From Octopus bimaculoides (Eukaryota), in assembly GCF_001194135.2 (NCBI RefSeq), contig NC_068983.1:123358218-123422217 (forward strand): DNA of 64,000 nucleotides, in the 5' to 3' direction. Each line of letters starts with the position of its first letter. Within the stretch, counting starts at the first letter, position 1. This document shows, piece by piece, positions 11,898-24,400 of the stretch. A model generated the notes under the pieces. That model had not been told where the DNA came from and did not search any database. It saw only the letters and a program-made list of their open reading frames with translations. The position numbers were made by a program, and so were the translations under genes.

Positions 11898-14800
11898 GAT
11901 AGCTACAAAAATAGATTTGGAGTAATTTATTCAAATAGTGTTTTTATAACCACAAGCAATTTCTTCAAGTGGTTCTTGATATAAAAAAGTGGATTCCAAT
12001 CTCATTATTTGCTTAATATTATCAGCTGCTGATTGTCATTGAAGATGCTTGATCCCAAGTAATACCAATAACCCGTCTCTCACAACAAAACTTAGGGTAA
12101 AAACAAGCAAGTAAAAGATGAAGGAGACAATATCTTCATACATTCAAATTGGTATCATTCGCAACATATTGCTGGTGTTCACTTAGTAACAAGTTCACTA
12201 TGGGATTACAGCCATCTTCTATCATTATACAGTTTTCGTTGTCAACCATTTGGGGCCTAAAAATGAGAGAGGTGAGTATTACATGAGAAATTAAATACTT
12301 TACAAAAGGAAACAGAATATTAGTCACAATGTTATCATCAATGGTGATGACCTATAGCATTATACCAACCAACCAACCAACAGCGTCACCATAAAAATTA
12401 TCATCACAAGCCAATAAGGGAGCCTCTGTGTGGTCACTTGACTTGCTAGAAGTAACAGCTAATCTCCTTCAAAACACACTCCATTGTCTGTTGTCCTAAA
12501 TTTCTTGCACACAAAAAGATGGAGTGGTCACGGCTGGAATGCCTTTGATAATAAATCTACTGGATCAGTGTTGAACCAGAAAATAAGAATGACTTTTAAT
12601 GCTACATCCAATTATGACCACCACCAGTGTTTGACTGATATTCTAGCCAAGACCATTCTCACTTCTTTTCTAGTGTATTATATCTGAGATTATGATATCC
12701 AGTATAGTCATCCATTTTTAGAATGAAATTTGGCTGTCGTTTACAACAGTGGCCTACATAAATACTGCTTCTTTTGCTCAAAGTTGACCTGGGCTAAACA
12801 ACAATAATTATATTTCACAGCACTTAGCACTTTGCTCTATCTACCCACTCCAATGCATCCCTCTGGAGATTACAGTAACCATCAAAAACTCAAAGTCAGC
12901 ATTCTTTTTTAGTTCTTAGTTAATGAAGGAAGGGAAAAACTCATGACCCCTTTACAGGGCTTTGAGACTGGTGGTATCTGGTTTGAACCAGAAACCTGAT
13001 GTGAATGCTTGCAACAAAGTATACTCTGCTAAAAACACTCAAGGACCACCCGAATGAGCTTTTGATTGCCTCTACTCCAATCTAGTAGGGCCTTAGATTT
13101 AATCATTAATAAAAGTCATAATCAGCTTCCCACCTTACCACAGTCAACCAGTACTTCTATTACAACCACAATCACTACCATTACTTCACCAGTAATCAAC
13201 AACCAACCACTACCTTGCATTCAACCATACCCATTACCTCCACAACTACCATTACTCTGTATTCAACCACCATTTCCAATCCCATCACTACATCACCACC
13301 AGTACTAACTACCACCTCCACTAAGAATTATTACTCTGTATTCAAACATCACCACCACTACAACTTCTACTAGTACCTACATTATAACCAAAGACTCTAT
13401 TAAGAATTTCTTTAGGCCAAAACTCTCCGATAGTCTTGGTCAAGTAGATATTATGTCAAAGATATTCCAACCATGAACATCCTAACTTACTGTATTGTCT
13501 TTAAATTATATGATCCAATGGGTCCTTTTTAAGGAAGTAAGCTATGATTTGAAGACAGTTTGTCTGCTATATTAGCAAACAGAGATTTCACATTAACTCA
13601 TTACAGAAAATATAGTTAGTGAGGTTGAGTATTAATAAGTCATTATCTCAAAAGAATTATCAATTAAAGATTCCTGGCAAGGGGGTCAAATAAAAGCTGG
13701 TAACTTACCTCACATAATTATCTTGTTCTGCTACCTTAGCTAGAGAGAGGAGACAGTCGAATACAGCAAGATGTGACACTGCCTTGCGATAATTTTGGTA
13801 TCTTTCTTGGAAGGAACTAATTTATAAAAAGTAAAAAATAATAATGATGGATTCAAATTTTGGCACAAGGCCAGCAATTTGGGATTATGGAGTAAATTGA
13901 TTACATCGACCCGAGTGCTCAGCTGGTACTTATTTTATTGAGACCAAAAGGAGGAAAGGCAAAGTTGACCATGGCAAGATTTGAATTCAGAATGCAAGGG
14001 CAGACGAATTGCTGCTAAGCAGTTTGTCCAGTGTGCTAATGATTCTGCCAGCTCATCACCTTAACAACAAAAGAAGAGGGGGTATTTTTGTTACACACAG
14101 ACATCAGTTTTTTTTCTCACACCTGCATTTCAGAGGCAAATTAAATGGATTAACCTCCAACATGTTCAAATGTCCAATTTTTGTTGGAACAAAAAAATTC
14201 TGGCAAGAAAGTATTGTCAACAAAAAATCTAAGTGAGGCTTAGAAAAGAAAATTCTATACTGGTATTTAAACCTAAAAGTACTTTTCGTAGTGTTCAAAC
14301 AAGTTAATGAAGAATTGGATAGACTTGAAAAGCTTGGGGTTATTGAAAAACTGATTATGCTGAATGGGCATCCCCAATAGTTCATGTCATGAAAAAAAAA
14401 TAATAAAATCTGGGTATGTGCTGATTTTTCAACAGGGTTAAATGAATGTTTGATGCCATATAATTACCTATTACCAAGTCCTGAAGAAATTTTCACAAAG
14501 CTGAATGGAGGAAAATTTCCTTCAAAGTTGGACAGATGAGGTATGTTCAAAATGATTAATGATAATTACCCATAAAGGATTGTATAAATTTACTCAACTT
14601 CCTTTTGTTATAAAAGTAGCACAGGCATTTTCCAACAAGTTATGGATACTATGCTTGCAAGCTTGAATTTCGCAATAACTTATCTTGACAACATACTCAT
14701 AAAAAGTGAATCTCGTGGTCAGCATGTTGAGCATGTTAAAAAGGTCTTCAAAAAATTAAAAGGTTATGGGTTTAAGCTCAGTGAGGAAAAGTGTGATTTT

Positions 14801-15772
14801 TTTAATGCCAAGAATAGAATATCTAGGGCAGATTATCAATGAAAATGGATGTAGACCAGACCCATCAAGAGTGAGTGCAATAAAAAATATACCTCTCCTG
14901 ACAAACATTACAATGTTACAAGCATTTCTGGAGCTTGCAAATTACTAACAGGTATACATACTGAATATGCATGATTTGAGAGCACCCCTGAATAACTTGT
15001 TAAAAAACGGCATTAAATATTATCTAACATAGGTAGAATATCACAAATTATATCATTCCTAGTATTTGATTCGTACTTTAATTTATTGCTCACTCCATTT
15101 GAAGGATGAAAAGCAAAATTGACTGCTATGGTATTTTAAACTCAGAGGTAAGGATACAGAACTAAACATTGCAAGGTATTGGAAGAATGGATTCTTCTTC
15201 CTTCCTGTAGTACATCAATTTATGCAACTACTAAACTGTTAGCAGTTTCTGATGCCAATAATGTAGACCATCACTATTTTCTTCAGATTTTACTGTTTTC
15301 TTTGCGGACAGTAGTCCTGCACTTTACTGGCAAACACTAAAACATTCTCTCTTTGTTAGCAAGATTTATAAGTTTTTGGCAGTGAACTGACAGAATTGTT
15401 AGCATACTGGGTGACATGCTTAGTTGTATTTTGTTTGTCTTTTCAAATTCTGTTGAGGTCAACTTTGCCTTTCATCCTTTCAAGGTCAATGAAAGAAGTA
15501 TCAGCTGAGTGTTGGGGGTTAATGTAATCGGCTCAAATCTTCCTCCAAAAGTGTCGGCCTTGTACCAAAATTTGAAACTAGAATTATAAGTTTCTGGATT
15601 AGTAACCTCATCTTCAGAGATAAATCATTTTTAAACTATATGCATTTACACTGCATTTAAATAGTTGAGAGAGAGAGAGAGAGAGAGAGGGGAGAGAGAG
15701 AGAGAGAGAGAGAAAGAGNNNNNNNNNNNNNNNNNNNNNNNNNNNNNNNNNNNNNNNNNNNNNNNNNNNNNN

Positions 15773-15852
<80 letters not shown>

Positions 15853-18800
15853 AATTATGTTCTTTTCACAAAAATCTTCAGACATAAGTCATAAAACTTA
15901 CTTGAGAAACTCAATCCAAGAATCATTGCAGACAATCTCAAGTTGCTCTTTGTGTTGATTTAAAAGTTTACATTTTTCTTGAATGAAAGGTGAATGGAAA
16001 CGAGAAACGGTTTTGGTACTGGAACAAGAGATGAAAATGAATAAATATAAGTGGGAGTAGTAAACTAGTGGCTGGATTAGTGCCTGGAAAGTTTGTGTTG
16101 TACCTGTACTAATCATCATAAGCATCAAATCGAAACAAGCTCATGATGGGATCAACAATACATTATTTTTCAGGAGACAATATTACTCTTTTACTCTTTT
16201 ACTTGTTTCAGTCTTTTGACTGTGGCCATGCTGGAGCACCGCCTTTAGTCGAGCAAATCGACCCTAGGACTTATTCTTTAGAAGCCTAGTACTTATTCTA
16301 TCAGTCTCTATTGCCGAACCGCTAAGTTACAGGGACATAAACACACCAGCATCGGTTGTCAAGCGATGTTAGGGGAACAAACACAGACACACAAACACAT
16401 ACATATATACATATACATATATACGACGGGCTTCTTTCAGTTTCTGTCTTCCAAATCCACTCACAAGGCTTTGGTCGGCCCGAGGCTATATTAAAGACAC
16501 TTGCCCAAGGTGCCACGCAGTGGGACTGAACCCGGGACCATGTGGTTGGTAAGCAAGCTACTTACCACACAGCTACTCCTACTGTTTACATGAATTGTTT
16601 CTTCCAACTTAACTATCTATATTTGCAACATAATTCATTATACGGAATGGCCATGGCTGGAAAGCAGTAACATACAGTGGTTCTTGAAAGTGAATATGAA
16701 GGGGATACTTGACTGTGTAAGTACATCAGTGTTGCAAATCTTGTGCAGCCATATAATATAATATACCTACTAGGAAAAGTCTGGAACTGGTAGAACATAA
16801 AATAAGCCACAATTTTTTTTAGGAAGTCAATAAAAATAATTTTTCTTTTCCAGAATAATTAATTGATGGAGCTGTTAATTATAGCATTCAACAAACTAAT
16901 GAGATATTGGAGAAAATAAATGACAGCCTACCTGCTAATCTTAATCCATTCTGATGGAACTGTGTTCAACATATTGTTTTTGACTTCAATTTGGAACTAA
17001 AAGAAAAAAAAAAAAGAGGCAGAAAAACTGAAATTATAATTTAAAGTTTTACTCAAAAAATTCTGATCCTACATCTGGCAAATTTTGACCTTATAATTGA
17101 TGCAAATTTGCAACAAGAATAAGATCTTCATGCAAATTGCTGAAAGATGTCAGTCAGCAACAATTATTTTCAAAATTAATTTCACAAAGTGAATTTTTGT
17201 AAGATAGGGAGAAAGTAGCCATTGTTTGAACTGAACCTAGAGTATTACTGGTAGTAGATGTTTTTAATACCAAAGGGATCAAAATCAAAGCCAATTCTGG
17301 TGGGATTTACACTCTGAACAAAGTGCAAGGAAATAAAGACACTGTACAGTATTTAATCTGGTGTCTAACCATTTCTACCAATGCTCAACAAGCTAACAAA
17401 GAAGCTTCTAGACCAGTGGTTCTTAACCTGGTGGGAGAGGGTGCGAACCCTTAAGAAAAAGCAGGAAGTTCTCTAATATTTGTTATTCTCTTAATGAGAG
17501 CATTGTCAACTAATGAGAAGTTTATGGAAAAAATGCAAAAGCATCACCTTATACCTTTAGTTTTCTTATTCTATCTTAGTGCTGCTTACCATTTTCTGTA
17601 CTTATTGACCCCCTCTCCTTCAATATTTCTAGATTTGCAGCAGAAGGCAGATCTCTATGACAAGTTCTAGTCTGAAGGCTTTCAGCTATCTCTAGTTTAC
17701 CTGGTGGACATCTTCAAAGCATTGAATGCTCTTGACCTTAAACTACAAGGGAAAAACATAAACATTCTCAAGTACCACAACACCATTTGAACCTTCATGG
17801 CTAAACATGACCTTTGGAAATGTTGAATTCAGCAGGGAAATACACTCAGTTTTAGTTACTTGGATTCTGCTCTCGTTCATGGTAACCTTGATTCTGAGTT
17901 GAAGAAACAAATAATCACTCATCTAACTGACTTGAAAACAGAATTCATCAGATACTTCCCAGATATAGATGAAAAGTGTGAAGCTTGGAAATTCACCATG
18001 AACCCATTTCAGTGTGAAGTGACTGTTTTGGATGAAGTGCAAGAGGAGTTTCTTGAGCTGAAGTTCAACTCCCCAGCTAAGGAAGACTTCAAAGAACTGG
18101 ATCTTGAAATGTTCTGGATCAAGTACTTTCTAGTTTACCCTCTGATCTCACATCAGGCTCTTCGGATTTTAGCTATGTTTGGATACACATATCTTTGCAT
18201 TTTCCACACTCGTTACTGTCAAAACCAAATACAGAAACAGGCTGAATATTGAAAGGGGCTTACGTTGTGCACTCTCTGGCATTCAACCATGCATTCAAGA
18301 TCTTGTAGCTAAGAAGCAGTGTCAAGAATCTCACTAATAATGTGACTAATTCATATTCAATAAAAAGAATAAAAACATATTTTAGATCTTATTTAAAATC
18401 TGGGAGGAATTTTAGTTATAGATGCAAGACGGGGGCATGAAGAAAAGAACAAATTCCTAGGGGAGGTGTGGTAATAAAAAGGTTAAAAACCACTGTTCTA
18501 GACACTCTGTCTACAAGAAATAGCATCCAAATCTCCCTCAAATCTTATCCCACTGTCCTGAAAAAGAGAACCTTTTAAATAGTGTAGTCCAGTATGCTTC
18601 CCTAGTTGACCTGTGGCTAAACAACAACTTGATGCTGAATAAAAGGCAGTTGAAAACTCAGTGGACAGGACATACCATACCATCTTTTCTAGGTTTCCAT
18701 CAAGCAAATACCGTTCATAAGGTATTAACTCAAGGTCATGGTAGAAGTCCTTTGTCCAAGATGCTGCACAGTGGGATTGAATCCTGAACCATGTGGTAGC

Positions 18801-21458
18801 AAAGTGAACTTTTAAACCACAAAATCATGCCTGTTATACTTTGAAGAAATGTGTGTGCATGCACATGTGAGCCAAGTTTACTGACACAGCCTCTCCTACA
18901 CTTTGATACCTTCTCATCTTCCAACAATTCACATATCTAACTGGTTTGAACATAAAATAGGTAGAATATTTGGGCCAGACATGGCTAGTCTAAATGCTAA
19001 AGGGTAAACACCACTACCTTGTACCTTGAGTGCCTTTATCAGAGTTCACTTTGGTGTGAGCCATCGTGCCAGGTCTCTGGTTTGAGTATACCTCAGTATA
19101 TCTCCTTCCCTCTATCCTACTAGTCTTGAATATGTCCATCACCCTTTTCAAGGTGATGGACAATCCAAAGGTGAGGGACACATCCCTTCTTCCTGAATAA
19201 AATATCAAGCAAAATTTATGAAAACAATTTCAAGACATACAGTTATACTAACCTCAGTCCCAGAAACAGTGATATAGTTAAAGGAAGGCACTCTCAAAAT
19301 TTTCCTGATCATACTGCGATGTTGGTCAATTTCATTTCGTACTTCTTGAATCTTAGACTTTTGGTCTTTGATGGCAGGAAATTGGGAATCATCAACAAAT
19401 AACTGGGTTTTGTCATTAGACCTGAAAGAAACAAGCAACATGACAACTACTACTGCTACTACTATCACTTATTATTATTATTAAACCAGTGAGCTGGCAG
19501 AATTATGCTGGACAAAATGTTTTGCAGCATTTCTTCTGGTTTTACATACTGGGTTCAAATTCTGCTGAGATCAACTTTGCTTTTCATCCTTTTGGGATCG
19601 ACAGAATAAGTACCAGATGAACTCTGGGGCCAGTGTAATTGAGTATCCCCACACCCAAATTTCAGGCCTTGTGCCTATAATAGAAACAGCAGCAGCGCCA
19701 CCGCTACTGCCATTTTCACGAACTAGGAAAGTTGTCTAAACTTGGTCACAAAGAATTGCCCTCTTCTCATCATTGCAGAGTAGACTTGGTACTGAATCTT
19801 TCCTGGGTAGAATCAGCACAAGTGATGAAAAATGGGTTCATATCCAATGAAAACGGCAATGATTAACATCCAATGAAAAAGGAGAATCCATGCCCAAACA
19901 AGGACAACCCATAAAAAAGTGATGCCGTATTTGGTAGAATATGTGCGTGAGAAGACCCGGCAAGCCAAGTGAGACCTAAATCCAAGGTCTCCGCCAGCCC
20001 ACTTACGCGTACCTTCCTTCTTTGGACACTAAATTCCGCTTGCGAAGACCTGTTGAGGCAAATGAAATCAGAATCGAAATCAAACTAAATTCGATGACTG
20101 GCACCCATGACAACATTGTCTCCTCCATTGGACACGAAACTCGGCTTGTGAAGACCTGTTGGGGCAAGCGAAAGCAAAATCGTGATGGCACCTGTGCCCA
20201 GCGTCGCCTTCCTGGCACTCGTGCCGGTGGCACGTGTGAAGACATTCGAGTGAGATCGTTGCCAGTGCCGCTGGACTGGCTCCTGTACAGGTGGCACGTA
20301 AAATACACCATTTTGAGCGTGGCCATTGCCAGTACTGTGTGACTGGCCCTCGTGCCGGTGACACGTAAATGCACCCACTACACTCTTGGAGTGGTTGGCA
20401 TTAGGAAGGGCATCCAGCTGTAGAAACTCTGCCAAATCAGGTTGGAGCCTGGTGTAGCCATCTGGTTCACCAGTCCTCAGTCAAATCGTCCAACCCATGC
20501 CAGCATGGAAAGCAGATGTTAAACAATGATGATGATGATGATGATGATGAAGGGTATTGCCTATCACGAAGTGTCAAAACAAAATGAATCAGTTAATGTG
20601 GAGAAATATTGTCATCAACTAGAAGCATTGCACAGAAACTTGCAGGAAAGCAATATTTGTCAATTGCAAAAGGGACATTCTTACACAATAATGAAAGACT
20701 ACATATTGTCTAAGTGACTTTGGAAAAAATCATGGCACTAAATATAAAAGTTTTACCTCATTCTCCTTACTTTCCTGATCTTGCTTCATCTCACTGTTAT
20801 CTTTTCTGACCATTGCAACATTATTTGGTGGAAAAACAGTTTATCAATTGCGAAGAGATTATAAATGACAGTGAGTGTTTCTCTGCTTTGAAACCTGAAG
20901 AACTTTATGCCTGAGGGACCAACAATTTGGCAATTACACTAATAATAGTAATGCATAACATAACCTTGTTAATGCAAAGACGCAACTTACTTGGCATGTT
21001 GCAGGCTGACCGAATCACTAAAGAATGCCACATCAGACAGTAAGTCAGGAATCTCTTGTAGGATTGTCTGCAGTAACGGAGAAGCAATCTTGTCTGCAAA
21101 CATATTCTTTTGAGTGTGGAATATACTAGCTATATTCTTCAATGAAAGACAAACTGTTGCAAATTCCAAGGGTGAGCACTGGAATAGAATGAAAAGTGTA
21201 TATATACATTATACACACACACACACACACATATATACACAGTAATCCCTCGCCATATTACAGTTCACCTATCACAGCTTATTATCTAAGGTTATGTTGA
21301 TTCTTCTGTGGTGTTGTTTTGCATTTATAATAAAAAAAATATATACAAATTATAAAGATAATAAAAAAATATATAAAGTACAGTACTGTTTCTACTTCAC
21401 AGATTTTCACCTATCGTGGGAGATTTTGGAATACAACACCCGCGATAGTTGAGGGATT

Positions 21459-21493
<35 letters not shown>

Positions 21494-24400
21494 GCATGCA
21501 CGCACACAGAGATGAATAGCTTGTGAGAGCTGTTCAAGTTAATGTACAAAAGTGCAGTAAGTAAAGAAAGATTGGTTCACAAGATGAATTTAACCTCAAG
21601 GCTCAGTGCTGAAATAATTATAATGAATTATCTGAAATATCAACTACTTGTTTTTTAATTATTTTAAACTACATACACACACAATTATTGTAGACATTAC
21701 CCTCTGTATTTCAATTTTTAGCATTAGATTTACTAGCAGAAAGACCACCTGTCAGGCAGTTTTCTGCTAGGTAATATTTTCACATTTGATTCCCAATTTT
21801 AATAATTTTTGTATTTTACGTCTAATTATTTCTTTGTATAATAGTACTCACTTGCTTTGTAATTATTGCTTTCCTTATTTTATCACAGTCATAATCTCTC
21901 TCTTTTAAACAAACATCACAGTAGTCCAACAACAGACAGAGAAGCAATTTGTCAAGTTTTACCTTCTCCTCAAAGAAACAGAGATTACAATTCAGGAGCC
22001 TATCTTTTCAGTGTGTGTGTGTGTGAGAGAGAAAGTGGGAGAGAGAACATTGCAAACAATGAATGAAAATAAACATGAAATAAAAAAATTGTATAAATAA
22101 AAGGACATTACTACTGATGTATACGCCCCTGACTTTGATCCTTCATAACATCCAGAAAAAGGGAAACTTTTTAACAAAATTTTCTACAAATACCATTTAG
22201 ATGTTGTGGCTTCAGATATAGGGATTTATGGGAAGGAATTTTTCTGAGGAGGTGGAGAGAGGAGATTTAGAAAACTCACATGATCTGATTTTTTTCCCTC
22301 ATAACTTTCAGGAAAATGGGTATCTTTCAATGAAAATTTATACAAATCCCTTTCAAATAGCATACATTAAAACTTTTTCAGAGATTTTCTCCATTTTTTT
22401 TTTAAACCACAGCTTTCGAAATGATGGTGTCAGGGGGTGGTCTTTGAATGAATAAACTTTTGAAAACTCTTTTTTTTTTTTTACAACACCTACTCCCTCA
22501 TTATCCCACTCTGGACCNNNNNNNNNNNNNNNNNNNNNNNNNNNNNNNNNNNNNNNNNNNNNNNNNNNNNNNNNNNNNNNNNNNNNNNNNNNNNNNNNNN
22601 NNNNNNNNNNNNNNNNNNNNNNNNNNNNNNNNNNNNNNNNNNNNNNNNNNNNNNNNNNNNNNNNNNNNNNNNNNNNNNNNNNNNNNNNNNNNNNNNNNNN
22701 NNNNNNNNNNNNNNNNNNNNNNTTTTCTAAGGGAAAAAGTGAATGATTTAAGGGCGATTTGGCTCTTGTTTCTAGCACATCCAAAGACAACCCTCCTCGT
22801 TTCTTTATCACTTTCGCATGTATTGATGTGTTTCAATATTTTTTTCCCCATAAATACATTTATTTGCTATAAAAAGAAAATTTGAGAAATTATGAAGTTT
22901 TGGCAACCCCACTTCCTGCCCTCGATAGTTTCTGTTTAGAAATTAAAATGTTGGAGAGCCTGAAAAGGTCAGTGATTTTTTAAAATTACGGAGATGTATT
23001 TACATAGTAAGTGACTTGATCTGAGATTGTGTGCTGAAACAAAAACAATTGCAGCGTGGAAGATGTTTGTAAGCCATTTAAGATCACATGCAAAACCATT
23101 CGTTTCACTTCAACATTAAAATTTCATTTGTGTCAAAACCACTGACAAAACTCCACAAAAGGGGTGCAGCAAGAAGTTTTGACAGTGAACAGGTCGCGGT
23201 TTCAAAGCGATGGTGGGGGTGAAAATTTAGATTACGATTTATTTTGTTGTTTTTCTTCCACCAATAGACCACGTGTGTGTTACTTCGGCATCATCATTCC
23301 ATAAAATGTGTTTAATGGAAGAAAAATATTGAAAAAACATCAATACATGTGAGTGAAAAGAGAGGGTGGTTTGGGTTGTGCTAGAAACAACAGCAAAACC
23401 TCCCTTGAATTGTTCACCTTTTCCTCTGAAAATATTTACAATTTGTTTTGTTTTGTGTTTTTTTTAAATTTTTTAAAATTTTTATTAACCATAAAGGTTC
23501 CTCCTATGGTTTTTAAGTTAAAAAGGAAAACGGCCAAAATCGGGCCAGATAGTTATTATTGTAAGGCTTATAGCATTCTAAACAGCCATAACAATAAATT
23601 CACTTTCAAATCTTTTTTTACAAAAAATATATGGGTATTGAAAAAAATTTTCATTCAATAAATAATGTTTTTACATTGCATATACATTAATAGAATAAAC
23701 GGTTGGTTTTCCAAATAGTGAATTAAAACTTGAAATGAAAACATTAAAAGAGAAAGTGAGACTTTGCAAATAAAAATGCAATACTCCACAGTGAATGCAA
23801 TGAATATTTAAATTTGTGAAGAACTGGATGCAGTGAATGCAATGAATATTTAAAAATGCAAGAAATTAGAGTTAAGAAAATTCAATAAACTTGAGAAATC
23901 AAAATTGTAGGACATTTCTTAGAACATAAATTTATAAAAATATTTCCAGACAGTCAAACCTTTAATAATTGCTTTCTTTTAGTACATTTAGTAATTGTTT
24001 CATACTTAATTAATAAGCAGCTTTCTCCATTATAATATAGATATGCCATCAGTCAGGTGTTATTTTTGTTTGCAACTTGTGTATGTTGCCTGCATGTATA
24101 TTTTAACCTTGTACTGTATTATATGTACAGGGGAGTTGGCAGAATTGTAAGCACACTGGATGAAAGGCTTAGTAGTATTTCGCCCGTTGCTACATTCTGA
24201 GTTCAAATTCCACTGAGGTTGACTTTGCTTTTCATCCTTTTGATGTCAATGAAATAAGTACCAGTTACACACTGGGGTCGATGTAATCAACTAGACGCTC
24301 CCCTCAAATTCCAGGCCTTGTGCTTATAGTAGGAAGGATTATATGTATAACTTTTATCATCATATATATTTATAATTTATTGAAGGTGGCTTGACAACAT

